The translations under genes were made by a program, and so were the position numbers. Shown here one piece after another: positions 11,065 to 23,049 of a stretch of DNA of 64,000 nt. Below the pieces are notes generated by a model. The model did no database searches. It was given only the letters and a program-made list of their open reading frames with translations, and was not told the DNA's origin. Within the stretch, counting starts at the first letter, position 1; the number at the start of each line of letters is the position of its first letter. The stretch is taken from NCBI RefSeq assembly GCF_006345805.1, contig NC_043003.1:65038001-65102000 (forward strand). Direction: 5' to 3'. Source of the stretch: Octopus sinensis (Eukaryota).

Positions 11065-12216
11065 TTAGGTCGTTTCACAGGAAATGTCACATTTTTAATT
11101 ACTTGTTATTTTAGTTATTTAAAAACTTAATTACGTATACCTTGCATTTATTCTTGACTCTCTTTCCCAACAATACTGGTATCCAAAATTCGTACCCACA
11201 GACCTTATGAAAATGATAACAACCAAATTGTATTGAATGATTTTCTCGTATGAGTACAAACTGGGTTACTCTGCCGCAGAAGCTCTACGGAATATCAAGC
11301 GGGCCTTTGGTAATAGTTTTATTGACATAAAAACTGTTCAGAGATGGTTCCAAAGCTCTCGTTTAGGAGATATCTCTGAAAATAAACCAAGAGGTAGACC
11401 GAAATCAGTTATTCGGCATGATGGATTAAATACTTTGGTTTGGTTGAACAAAATCCGAGAACAAAGGCTCGAAAAATTTCATCAGAACTTCAAACATCTC
11501 ACACAACTGTTTTGGAAACCTGTAAAAAACTGGAAAAGTCAAGAAAATAGATAGGTTTGTTTCACATCAGCTGAACGAGATTAAAAAGAAAACAGACGCC
11601 TCGAAGTGTGCTCTTCATTGCTTTCTAGACTGGAAAAATACCATTTTTGCATAAAATCATTACTTGTGATGAGAAATGGATACTCTTTGACGACAGCAGG
11701 AGAACAGAACAGCGATCAGATGCAGGGGAGTCGCATAAACACTACCCAAACCCACCTTTGCACCCTAGAAAGTTAGTGGTTGTTGTATGGTGGTCTACGA
11801 AGAGAGTTATTCATTATTCATTTTTGCAACAAGGAAAAACGGTAACAGCAACATCGTATTACCAAGAAATTGATTGTATGCATGAGAATTTCAAAAAGAA
11901 GCGATCCAGACTAGTGAAAAGAGATGTCCCAGTTTCGCCCCATGACAATACCCATCCTCACACTCCTCAAGCTACGGTCCAAAAATTGCAAAGACTGAAT
12001 TATGAGATTTTGCAATATCCTCCCTATTCCCCTGGTATCTCTCCTACTGATCATCACTTATTTAAGTATTTTGAGCTCTCCATAAGCAATAAAACATTCT
12101 TAAATAAAGAAGAGGTAATTGAAGCATTTGGACAGTTTATCACAGCAAAAAAATTGAAATTCCTTTTAAAGATGGAATATTCTTTCAAATACGATATTTC
12201 ATGTGCAACAACCTAA
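11065..12216 (+). mobile_element. Mariner transposon with both TIRs
   Basis: TA|TTAGGTCGTTTCACAGGAAATG at the left and CATTTCATGTGCAACAACCTAA-like inverted end followed by TA at the right; encloses transposase pseudogene. Confidence 0.9.
11237..12216 (+). pseudogene. Mariner DD34D transposase, frameshifted
   Basis: N-terminal HTH (TVQRWF..RGRP), ITCDEKW, HDNTHPH, YPPYSPGISPTDHHLF; split into ORFs 11237-11554 and 11647-12216. Confidence 0.9.
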
Positions 12217-12402
12217 TATATGAGCATACCTAGATATGCAAGTATATGGATGAGAAGACATGCATGAAACGAAACATACAAAACTGCACATATACATAAA
12301 AAATACCCTGTTGTTGAAATTCCAATGGAGGAGCCTTGGATCGAGGGTAGAAATCGGCTTTTTCTTTATTGGCAAGAAATCTCGAAATAAAACTGAATAA
12401 TG

Positions 12403-12563
12403 GCATACATACATACATACATACATACATACATACATACATACATACATACATACATACACACACACACACGCATACATACATGCATACATACATACAT
12501 ACATACATACATACATACACACACACACGCATACATACATACATACATACATACATACATACA

Positions 12564-12598
<35 letters not shown>

Positions 12599-12600
12599 GC
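12403..12600. repeat. (TACA)n microsatellite
   Basis: Direct reading of sequence. Confidence 0.95.
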
Positions 12601-12774
12601 AGGCATACATACTCATATGTAAATACCTAAATGCGTGATTCGGAAATGAGGACGGTTTGTTAGTATATATAATTAATCGATGAGTCTACGTAGCCGCCAG
12701 TAGACTAAGACAGCCTAAGGGACCCCACCACCTGTGGCTCAGCGAGACATACACAATATAGCAACTGGAAGGCT

Positions 12775-12838
<64 letters not shown>

Positions 12839-13097
12839 GGGGGGTAGAAGGTGTAGAGAGAGATGCAGCGGATGGCACACATATCGGCTTAGTAGACTGG
12901 TGCAAGGTAATATGAAGCGCTTTGCTCCAGGATACCACGCCGTGTCCAGGCTCCAAAGCAAATCTACGAACTTACGTTTGAGAGTTCGACACTAATCGCA
13001 CCACCCTTTCACTCATCTATCTGTCCATCCTATCCATCCATCCATCCATTCATCCATCCATCCATCCATCCATCCATTCATACATACATACGAACAC

Positions 13098-13135
<38 letters not shown>

Positions 13136-13586
13136 GAACAGACAACAGAGAGAGATAAATAGATCAAATGATGCACAGATGGACACACACCTATAAGATT
13201 TAGGTTATATTTTAAAGGAGATCCAATTTTATTACTACCAAATCGAACGAATATTCAAAATAGCTTGTACCAAACTGGAGTCCGCTGACAGAGACGAGTT
13301 CATACAAAAAAAAAACAAGAAAAAATTCGTTGTTCATAGGAAAAAAACCTTTTTAAATTAAAGGGTTCTTGGCAGCGAAACTTTGGGAAACCACTGATTT
13401 AGAGGCTTCAACGATGACACTTGTAGAAGCACACTCGGTAAGTTATTAAATATGTTAGCAGTGACAAATATTCCGTAGTAATTATATGCCATTCGTATTT
13501 CGGGAGAAGGCTGGAGGGGGCTTCTTGTCAGGTCTTCTTGATATTCTTATTCTTGTAGATAGCATGAAATAAATTGAATATTTATC

Positions 13587-13619
<33 letters not shown>

Positions 13620-13630
13620 GCATATATGGA

Positions 13631-13909
13631 TATAGGACGTCACCAACAATAAACAACATGAAATACCGTAAACAAATGAGTTAAATACGCAACTAAGAGG
13701 AGAAAAAAAGAGAAAAGTAATACAAAGAATGATCCTTCAGTTATCAGCTGTCTATCTATTCCTCATTTCGAGTGCTCGAAATGGGGAGTAGATAGATAAC
13801 TGATGAATGGGTCGTTCTTTGTCCGGTTTTCCATTTTTCTCTCATTGTTTGCGCATTTCACTCATTTGCTTTTGTATTTTATATTGTTTACTGTTGGTGA
13901 CGTCCTGTA
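13631..13909. repeat. ~280-bp imperfect palindrome (fold-back/MITE-like element)
   Basis: AGGACGTCACCAACA... left arm and ...TGTTGGTGACGTCCT right arm, centre CGAG-TG-CTCG at ~13773; related half copy at ~44120-44180. Confidence 0.8.
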
Positions 13910-13918
13910 CACATATAT

Positions 13919-13968
<50 letters not shown>

Positions 13969-13980
13969 ATATATATATAA

Positions 13981-14382
13981 CTAGCAGTATCGCCCGGCGT
14001 TGCTCGGGTTTGTAAGGGAAATAACTATATAAGCATTTTTAGAGATGTAAAGTATAATAGCCATCTCAATATGGCTAACAACAAAGGGTAAGGGTGTTAC
14101 TGTAGCTTTTTACGTGCTGAGATTTAATAATGAATTTTTAGAGAGTTACTTCCCTTATATATGCCAAAAATGCATTAAAAATGTGAAAAATTGATGGTAA
14201 ATATTTTTTAAAATCGTAGACTCATCGTAGACGCGCGCTAATACCCAGAAGGCTCGATATGAATCCACGACTATAAAGATGCCCGGTTTTGGTTAAACTA
14301 CTGCACCGCAAAATGTGTTAGTAGTTAGGAATCTAAATCGTAGGAGACAGACAGCACACAGCCTCTCTTTTATATATAAAGA
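13981..14382 (-). mobile_element. Complete non-autonomous Helitron (~402 bp)
   Basis: Minus strand A|TCTTTATATATAAAAG ... CCCGAGCAACGCCGGG hairpin, 8 nt, CTAG|T. Confidence 0.75.
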
Positions 14383-14889
14383 TTTACATTATTATTTAAT
14401 TGAATGCCCGCACTATTTTCCAAGTAGGTATATATATGTATGTAATATATATTATTATATATATATATATATATATATAAATATATATACTCTATATATA
14501 TATATATATATCATATATATATATATATATATTATATCATATATCAACATGTATATTTTATCAATTTATCGTTGTTATTATGAGACTGTTGGTATTCATA
14601 CTGCAGAGAGGCTTTTATTGGCAAAATCTTTAGAATCGATATATACTTTAAATATTTTCTTTCGTGTTTGATTACATCTGAGATTCAAGGTGTTATTACT
14701 GGATTACAGATTACTTGAGTTTGCCCTTTAGTCAGTTGGCATATAAGAAAATGCCTATCGAAAAAATCTGTGATACTATGGATACTACGGAAATAATTAT
14801 TATAAGAAAGCAGATTGCTTTAGTTTGTGAATATATTCTCGTATATCTTGTATATCTGTTTTATTATCAATTTATCTTCAGTTTTGAGG

Positions 14890-14934
14890 TATCTATCTAT
14901 CTATCTATCTATCTAATCTATCTATCTATCTACT

Positions 14935-14974
<40 letters not shown>

Positions 14975-14990
14975 CCTACTACTCCTACCC

Positions 14991-15035
<45 letters not shown>

Positions 15036-15043
15036 GATCTATC

Positions 15044-15101
<58 letters not shown>

Positions 15102-15187
15102 GCTATCTATCTTTATCTATCTATCTATCTACCTACCTACATACCTACCTACCCTATCTCTATCTATCTATCTATCTATCTATCTAC

Positions 15188-15240
<53 letters not shown>

Positions 15241-15248
15241 AATCTATC
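14890..15248. repeat. (TATC)n microsatellite, left flank of Tx1 element
   Basis: Direct reading of sequence. Confidence 0.95.
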
Positions 15249-17370
15249 GGAGTGTTGTGAAAGTCCAAATCACAGCCGCTGACGTGCGGGATGCGATGGC
15301 GGGATGCGCGAGGGATAAGTCGCCTGGATTGGATGGTTTACCCTACGAGCTGTATTGTCAAATGCCAGACTTGTTTGGCGACCTCTTGGCATCAGACTAC
15401 CGTAACTGGCAACAAAACGGGAGAATCCCCGGTTTCGTGAGCCGAGGTGCAGTGACGTTGCTGAAGAAAGACCCAAACAAGAAGAATTTATAGATAATTT
15501 CAGGCCCATCACTCTGCTCAACGCAGATTTGAAAATTTTGGCCAAAGTAATAGCCGAGAGGTTGGCGCTGGTCATTGGTAAACTGGTCGACAGGGCGCAA
15601 ACATGCGCCGTGCCGGGCAGAACCATACATGACAACCTCCATCTGATGCGCTACATTGGAGACAGGGTAGTTAAGATCCTGGCATGGGTGGGGCGCTGAT
15701 CAATTTGGATCAATTTGCGAAAAACACATCCAGATGATAGGCGAGACACTTAGAAAATATGAAACGGTGACGGGAGCGAGGATTAACCCGGAAAAGTCAG
15801 TGGGTTTGCTACTCGGCACCTGGAGAAGCAAGCCCATGCCGTCCGACTGGGGCTCAGTTGTGGGACGCTGGACGGACGGGCCGGTTAAATTGCTCGGGGT
15901 CTGGTTCAGTCCGGACCTCCAAATGGATAAGAACTGGGACGAAATCACAGGTAGAGTGGTCGCTCTCAGCCAAACATGGGCCGAGAGAAAGCTGTCTCTA
16001 AAAGATCGGGCGGAGGTGGCGAACGCGTACATCGCATCCGTCATCAATTACCGCCTGACCGTCGTGCCTTGTCCCGACGCCACCATCACCAAACTGGAAC
16101 GCATACTCTTCCGCTTCCTGTGGAAGGGTGGCGTTCCAATGGTGAGGAGGTCCATTTGCTGTCAATATCCGTTGAATGGAGGTCTGGGCATGGCGTCGTT
16201 GATGATGCGCAGGCATGCGCTGAGACTGCGACATCTCTGGAACTTCATCGATGACGGTGAACAGGTGTGGGCGCCGTTTGTGAGGCGCGCATTCCCGCAG
16301 CTCGTCTCACTGACCGAACTGCAAACGTGGATCAAGAAGAGACCGAAACTGGGCGATTGGCACCGAGAGTGTCGCCAAGCTCTACAGCAGCTCTGCCGAC
16401 CGGGGTCAAACATGTGCAACTTACAAACGACTAAAGCGTTCTATAGAGGACTAGTGGAGGGGAGGTCCGACGACACACTCGGGGCAAACCTGGGCGTCGA
16501 CGAGAAATTCCTAACCCGCCTGTTCAGGACGACGTTCGGGCCGTGGCCTATGGATAACTTCCAGAAATCCCTGGCTTGGCAATGCTATCAAGACGCACTA
16601 CCTGTTCGAGAGAAGAGCTACAGGCACGGTTCGAAAACCATCACCGGACCGACTTGCCCGAGATGCAGTCAGAGCGACGAAACCGTCCTGCACGCACTCG
16701 TGCAGTGTCCAGATATTTCAGAGCTGTGGACCTTCGTCGAACAGCTGTTGTCGCGTGTAGGACGGGCCCGCTTATCGGCCGACTCTATCGTGAATATTGT
16801 TCCACCACCTTCCTTTAAACGGGAAGGGAAAACGGTTTTCGTCACGCTGATGGCTATGGCGAAAGAATGTGTGTGGTGGACGCGTTTGAAAGGACTGCAA
16901 ACAAACACCTTCCTCTCTGGTCAGTCTCTAGTCAACTTTTTCAAGTACCACTTGAAAAGGAGGATGAGAATAGAGAGGAAGGCTTTGTCGAACGAATGTT
17001 TTAATAAAAAGTGGGTAAAAGGAGCAAAAATGGTCAGTATGAAAGACGACACTATTTTAAGCGTAAATATGTAACCAAAAGAGACAACGAGAGGTAAGGT
17101 GACTTACTCATGTGTTCATTTTCGAACTGTCTGAGGTGACCTTGGTCTTTTTTGTAGGTTTTTCTTTCCAGGGCTACGCCTAAACTGTGAACTTTATTTA
17201 TATATATATATATTATATTTCTATACACCACACAACCCACAGATCCCTATTGATCGAACGTTTTGTTTTCTTTGTGTCCCACCCATCCCACCTCGAAAAG
17301 AAAAAACTCTACATTGTATTTCGTCCATTTTTATTCTGTGTTTAGCCCTGTGTGGCCACAATAAAAAGTT
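15249..17370 (+). mobile_element. Tx1/L1-type LINE, 5'-truncated, with internal RT deletion and 3' UTR
   Basis: KSPGLDGLPYELY, NFRPITLLNADLKILAKV, TIHDNL, then a jump at ~15715 past the FD and YADD motifs; zinc knuckle CPRC..ETVLHALVQC; UTR ending AATAAAAAG. Confidence 0.9.
15734..17074 (+). pseudogene. ORF2 C-terminal half of the Tx1-type LINE (446 codons open)
   Basis: GARINPEKS, KLLGVWF, GGLGM, zf-RVT-like CPRC..H..C; catalytic YADD absent. Confidence 0.85.
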
Positions 17371-17428
17371 ATCTATCTATCTATCAATCAATCAATCATC
17401 AATCAATCAATCAATCATCAATCAATCA

Positions 17429-17513
<85 letters not shown>

Positions 17514-17522
17514 CCTACCTAC

Positions 17523-17603
<81 letters not shown>

Positions 17604-17605
17604 GT
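17371..17605. repeat. (TATC)n/(TCAA)n microsatellite, right flank of Tx1 element
   Basis: Direct reading of sequence. Confidence 0.95.
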
Positions 17606-17731
17606 CTTGCAATATATTTATCTGTACATACATGCACACATACAAGTGTCAAATTGATCCACCTTCTTGTTTATACACCTGTCTTCGTCATTTGTTTTTC
17701 TGTAAATTTCAACTTTCTGTGTATATATATA

Positions 17732-17799
<68 letters not shown>

Positions 17800-17814
17800 T
17801 GAAAACATCCACAT

Positions 17815-18020
17815 GTTTATGTGTCTGAGTTTGTCCCTCCACCATCGCTTGACAACCGATGTTGGTGTATTTACCTCCCCTTAATCTAGCGGTTCAGCAA
17901 ATGAGACCGAAAGAATAAGTGCTAGGCTTGCAAAAAATAAGTCGTGTGGTCGATTTGTTCGACTACAGGCGCTGTTCCAGCATGGCTGCAATCAAATGAC
18001 TGAAACAAATAAAAGTATAA
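17815..18020 (+). mobile_element. SINE family B, 3' half
   Basis: CCATCGCTTGACAACCGATG...CAGCATGGCTGCAATCAAATGACTGAAAC. Confidence 0.8.
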
Positions 18021-18040
18021 AAGAATATATATATATATGA

Positions 18041-18101
<61 letters not shown>

Positions 18102-18973
18102 GTGTGTTGTGTGTGTGTGTGTGTGTGTGTATGTGTGTGTATGTGTGTGTGTATGTGTGTATGTGTGTATTTCCCAGACACACAATACTAAAGCACCTGG
18201 TAACACAGGAATGTGTGTCTAGAAAAGTGTACAATAATGATTATGGAGAACGAATAGAAAAAAAATAAAAAAAACACCCATAGAGCATGTTATCGTGATA
18301 TCGCTCGAGCTATTGCTATGTTGATATTGATGTAGACATCGATACAATTACAGGATATAAATACTACTTTAAAATCTACTAATACACTAAAATAGCTACA
18401 GATACGATTGAGATAAAAGTATTATCATAAAGTAATGCAACTATCAAAAGAATGTGTAGTCGTATAAGTAGCATTGATTCTAATAATGATAATGTGATTC
18501 AATTACATTATATTGTGATACAAATATAATGTCATATGACCTGCTTGCTGCAGGATTAATTTTTGCAATCTTAATTAATGGGTTTGATTTATCTAGATAG
18601 CAACAGCAACAAACATGAGAAGAAATGTCTTAAGTTTTTGCGACAAACACGTAATAATATTAATAAAAATGATAACAGTGATATTTATATTAAAGACGAT
18701 TTCTTTTATTTTGCCACAAGGGCCCTTTCATACACACACACACAGACATACACACATAAACATATTTATAATTATGTAATGTGAAGAGACAAAAGACCTG
18801 GTAATACAATCCGCAAACAGGACACCGATTAGAGATGGATTTAAAGGACATATGTACATGATAGAATAAAAACAGGCATTGTTATGAATCTGACAGCCAT
18901 TTCGAGAAGATGTAGGTTGGTATGGGTGAGTTAATTCCAAAAACTTTAAGATTTAAACAACTCTTTTATAAAT

Positions 18974-19059
18974 CCTCTGATGAGAGAAATATAGATGATT
19001 GTTAGGGCTGGAATTAACTCGCTCATACCAAACTATATCTTCTCGAAACGGCCGTCAGA
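18974..19059 (+). ncRNA. Hammerhead ribozyme-like motif with long stem II
   Basis: CTGATGA(18977-18983), stem II GAGAAATATAG/CTATATCTTCTC, GAAA(19045-19048), palindromic stem III ACGGCCGT, GTC triplet at 19054-19056. Confidence 0.65.
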
Positions 19060-19461
19060 CACTGCACCTGCTCAAGATTCCTTTTAAAATCATTTTATAT
19101 CAGCTTTCTCATCTATTTGGATTAGCGCTATACATTTACCATTTGCATATTTTACTGTCCTCGTTGAGCTTAACACGGACATACAACCTCGCAAGTACAT
19201 TTCTGTATTTTCATATATTTATATATTTATAAATTTTTATATTATATCTTGTGTATATGAAGGGCAACTATGTATGGTGTGGGATATTCGGACGCTTTGA
19301 AAGAAATATATTGAATGAATATGAACACTGGTCTTTCAAATTTGTTCTCCCTTTCTTGGTTTTATATTCTTGAGGTTCTAGAAGAGCGCTAATTACTCGT
19401 GCGGCATAAGGCAATGATTATCCCTTTTATTTCTTCATTATATATATATATATATTTCTTC

Positions 19462-19497
<36 letters not shown>

Positions 19498-19509
19498 TGT
19501 ATATGTATC

Positions 19510-19725
19510 ATGTATGTATTCATGTGTCGGTGTTTGTCCTCCCACCATCGCTTGACAACCGATATTGGTATGTTTATGTCCCCGAAACTTGGCCGTTCGG
19601 CAAAACAGAGCGACAGGATAAGTACTAGGCTTACAAGAAATAAGTCCTGCGGTCAATTTGAGCGGCTAAAGGCGGCACTCCAGCATGGCCGCAGTCAAAA
19701 TGACTGAAACAAATAAAAGAATACA
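19510..19725 (+). mobile_element. SINE family B, 3' half
   Basis: Matches the 3' half of 2568-3060. Confidence 0.8.
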
Positions 19726-19804
19726 AGAAAAAATACACACCACACACACATATATATATGTATATATATATAAACACACACATACACATATATATATATA
19801 TATA

Positions 19805-20727
19805 CCGTAAATCCTCGAGTATAATCCGCATTTTTTCCCAAAATTTAAAGGTAAAAATTCCTAGTGTCCGAGTCTCTATTTGCTCTCCGGGAATGTTTAT
19901 TCAGACGCATTTTGTGATGTCGAGCGCGAAAATACCTTAAACTAGGCATGAAAGCAACGGAGTCATAAAAGAATCATCCATAACTTGCAGTAAGTAACTT
20001 TTATTAAAGTAAAAGTATTCAGAACACAGCATAACATGTAATAAAAACAATTTGGAAACATATTTACATTCCCATATAACAGTTAAGAATATCACCGTTA
20101 TTGTATTACGCATGAGCGGAAATTTTTGTCCGACTAGGTGCTGCTGGCTTAATTACGCACGAATTGTGCATAATAGTTTAGCGCTAAATAGTTCGTCTTG
20201 CTGTTTGTATTCGTACTCAGGATGACGTTGTATGGAAAGATGAAATAAATGAAAGTGAATCATCTGATGTTGACTGTGAATCTGACAATGACGGAGATTC
20301 ACACTACAATGATGCTGACATGTTTACGGAGGAACAAACGGAACAGTTATTTGACGTTGAAAATAACGTTGAAGTTGAAGGATTTGAATAAATGTTTTTG
20401 CTTTTGTAACTGATAAATATGTGATAAATATGTAAAGGCAATTTACTTAATATTTATTTTCCCCTGACGTTATTACTGTTATTTCTTCATTTGCTGCAAA
20501 CAAAATGCACAAAAAAGCTATACGTTTGCATTATGTTATATATACAATAATAATAAAGGACGTTACCGTATACATTTTTACAAATCAAGGACGTTATATA
20601 AACCTCCTTGACTCAAGTTAGCGAAGGGTGCGTATTATACACAAGGTCTAGGGTTTTCAGAGGTACAGCTCCCTAAAAATCCCCTGCGTATTATACTCAA
20701 GGGCGGACTATACTCGAGGATTTACGG
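19805..20727 (+). mobile_element. pogo/Tc2-type DNA transposon, internal deletion derivative
   Basis: TIR CCGTAAATCCTCGAGTATA(A/G)TCCGC at both ends, TA flanks; internal acidic transposase tail DDVVWKDE...EVEGFE* at ~20221-20390. Confidence 0.8.
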
Positions 20728-20737
20728 TATATATATG

Positions 20738-20773
<36 letters not shown>

Positions 20774-20851
20774 CCTGATGATTTCAATTGAATGAAACAG
20801 TTCTAGTCCTGTAGAAGCTCCTTCTATAAAATAAATATATATATGTATATA

Positions 20852-20891
<40 letters not shown>

Positions 20892-20904
20892 GTATATATA
20901 TATG

Positions 20905-20963
<59 letters not shown>

Positions 20964-20989
20964 GTTACGAGACAGGAACAATTCAGCAT

Positions 20990-21150
20990 TTCTTCCGACT
21001 TTATGCTCAGAGTTCAAATTCCGCCAAAGGCGACTTTGCCGCTCATCCTTTCGGGGTCGATAACATAAGTACCACTTGATCACAGGGGTCAATGTTATCG
21101 ACTGTACCGTTTCCTCGAAATTTCTGGCCGCGTGTTGAAATTTGAAATCA
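20990..21150 (+). mobile_element. SINE family A, partial
   Basis: GAGTTCAAATTCCGCCAAAGGCGACTTTGCC...GGGGTCGAT. Confidence 0.7.
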
Positions 21151-21639
21151 GTATGGAAAAGAAGAAAATAATAATAAAATCAAAACATGTCATTTCGACG
21201 ACAACAGACTGGAAACAATGTTGAATTATAATGTGAGCTGAAAGTCATTCAAATCCGCGTGCCAGGTTCGATATTCTGTTTAAGTAATTACTCTCACTTT
21301 AATTTCATCACTAAGATTCCCGTAAAAAACTCTTAAATGTCACAACATAAATTAATAAATTAATAAACATTCCAAAATAAAAAAAATAGAAAAGTTTGCT
21401 TTACCTAATTAAAATTTTAAAATGCTAGTGTATGTTTACAAGCGTAAGACCAACACTGATGCAGACACCGACTCACACACATACATCGTACAAATGTATC
21501 CGCAAACACACACACACAACACACACACCACACACACACACACACACACATGCACACATTTATACATACTCAAAAGTAGACGCATGCTGTATATCCTCTC
21601 ATGCATACGCATTGAGTCACGCGCTGGCATTTGCATATA

Positions 21640-21980
21640 CGCCTGCGTGAGCACACGCGTGCGGCGTCACTCGGGGGCGTCGGTGTTTATACTGAAAGTG
21701 AAATTTGTGACCCCCACCAGATTTGATAGACGCTTTGTAAACCGAAAAAAATGGCGGTCATTTTTTTTCATAACTTCGTGTAATTGTGAGAAGCGCACGT
21801 ATAAAGTCTTTGCATCCTTTTCCTTTTTCTTTCTTTTTTATTTTCTAAAACCACGCCACATTGGCTACCGGGAGCTAAGATGGCTGATGACAGTGGTTTG
21901 TCACGTCATTGTTCAATAAAGTAACTATATGCCGTCCGCCTTTTTTTCACATGATTAAAACCGCGCGTGCGTAGAACGCA
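21640..21980. promoter_or_regulatory. CpG-rich unique segment with clustered TF-like motifs (candidate promoter/enhancer)
   Basis: AAAATGGCGG (YY1-like, 21748), ATTGG (CCAAT, 21860), AAGATGGC (21877), TCACGTCA (CRE-like, 21901); motif-only evidence. Confidence 0.25.
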
Positions 21981-22457
21981 TTAGGGCACAAGACGATGAT
22001 CCAGCTTGGGCAACTCTAATTAACCTTCTGAATCCCCTTGAAGCTAAAATGCTATCAATAGCCACAGGGAAGGAATAGATATATTTTTTAATTCTTTCTG
22101 TTTCTATAAAAACAAAAACAAAAAAACTTCTTTATTTATTTATCTTTATTTTTATTTATCTGTTTATTTATTTATAGGAAATGAGATAAAGGTTTCTAAT
22201 GCTGACGGATTTAGATTTGATTATCTCGCATATCTTTTTATCTCTTTTTTTTTACTCGTTTCAGCTATTAAACTGCGGCCATGCTAGGGCACCGCCTTGA
22301 AGAATTTTTAGTCGAATGACTAAAAATGAATCGACCCTAGAAAATTTTTTGAAGCCTGGACACATTCGATCGTAAACACACCTACATCGATTGTGAAGCA
22401 GAGGGTGGTTGTGGTGGTGGTGGGGAGGATAAACACAGACACACATATTCATGGGTT

Positions 22458-22499
<42 letters not shown>

Positions 22500-22500
<1 letters not shown>

Positions 22501-22790
22501 CGCAGGCGTGGCTGTGTGTGAAGACGCTAGCTTTCCAACCACATGATTCCGGGTTCAGTCCTTCTGCGTGACACTTTCGGAAAGTGTCATCTACTATAGC
22601 CTCGGGTCGACCAAAGCCTTATGAGTGGATTTGGTAGACGGAAACTTAAAGAAGCTCGACTTATATACATATACATATGAATATATATATGTATATATTT
22701 ATGTGTGTCTGTATTCCCTCTCCACCCCCCGCCATCGCTTGATAACCGATGCTGGTGTGTTTATCACAGCTGACTGGTTGGCAAAATGCA
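22500..22790 (+). mobile_element. SINE family B, degenerate
   Basis: GGCGCAGGCGTGGCTGTGTG...GGGTTCAGTCC...CCATCGCTTGATAACCGATG. Confidence 0.75.
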
Positions 22791-22839
22791 GTCGAGCCTT
22801 GAAGACAGTTGAACGCTTGTGTTAAACTGGGCAACAATC

Positions 22840-23042
22840 CTTTCTACTATAAACACAAGGCCTGAAATTTTGGGGGAAGGGAGATAGTCGATTATATCGA
22901 CCCCAGTGCGTAACTGGTATTTATTTTATCAACTCCGAAAGGATGAAAGGCAAAGTCGACCTCAGTGGAATTTGAACTCAGAGCGTTAATACGGACGAAA
23001 TGCCGCTAAACATTTTGCCCGGCGTGCTAACGATTCTGCCAA
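22840..23042 (-). mobile_element. SINE family A, tail type 2
   Basis: Reverse complement of the A head and of CCCCCAAAATTTCAGGCCTTGTG tail. Confidence 0.8.
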
Positions 23043-23049
23043 GGCTCAT

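Noticed and set aside
13370-13400. hAT/Charlie-like TIR ends (also ~32925-32945)
   Set aside because: Only one end is visible in each case, with no 8-bp TSD identified.
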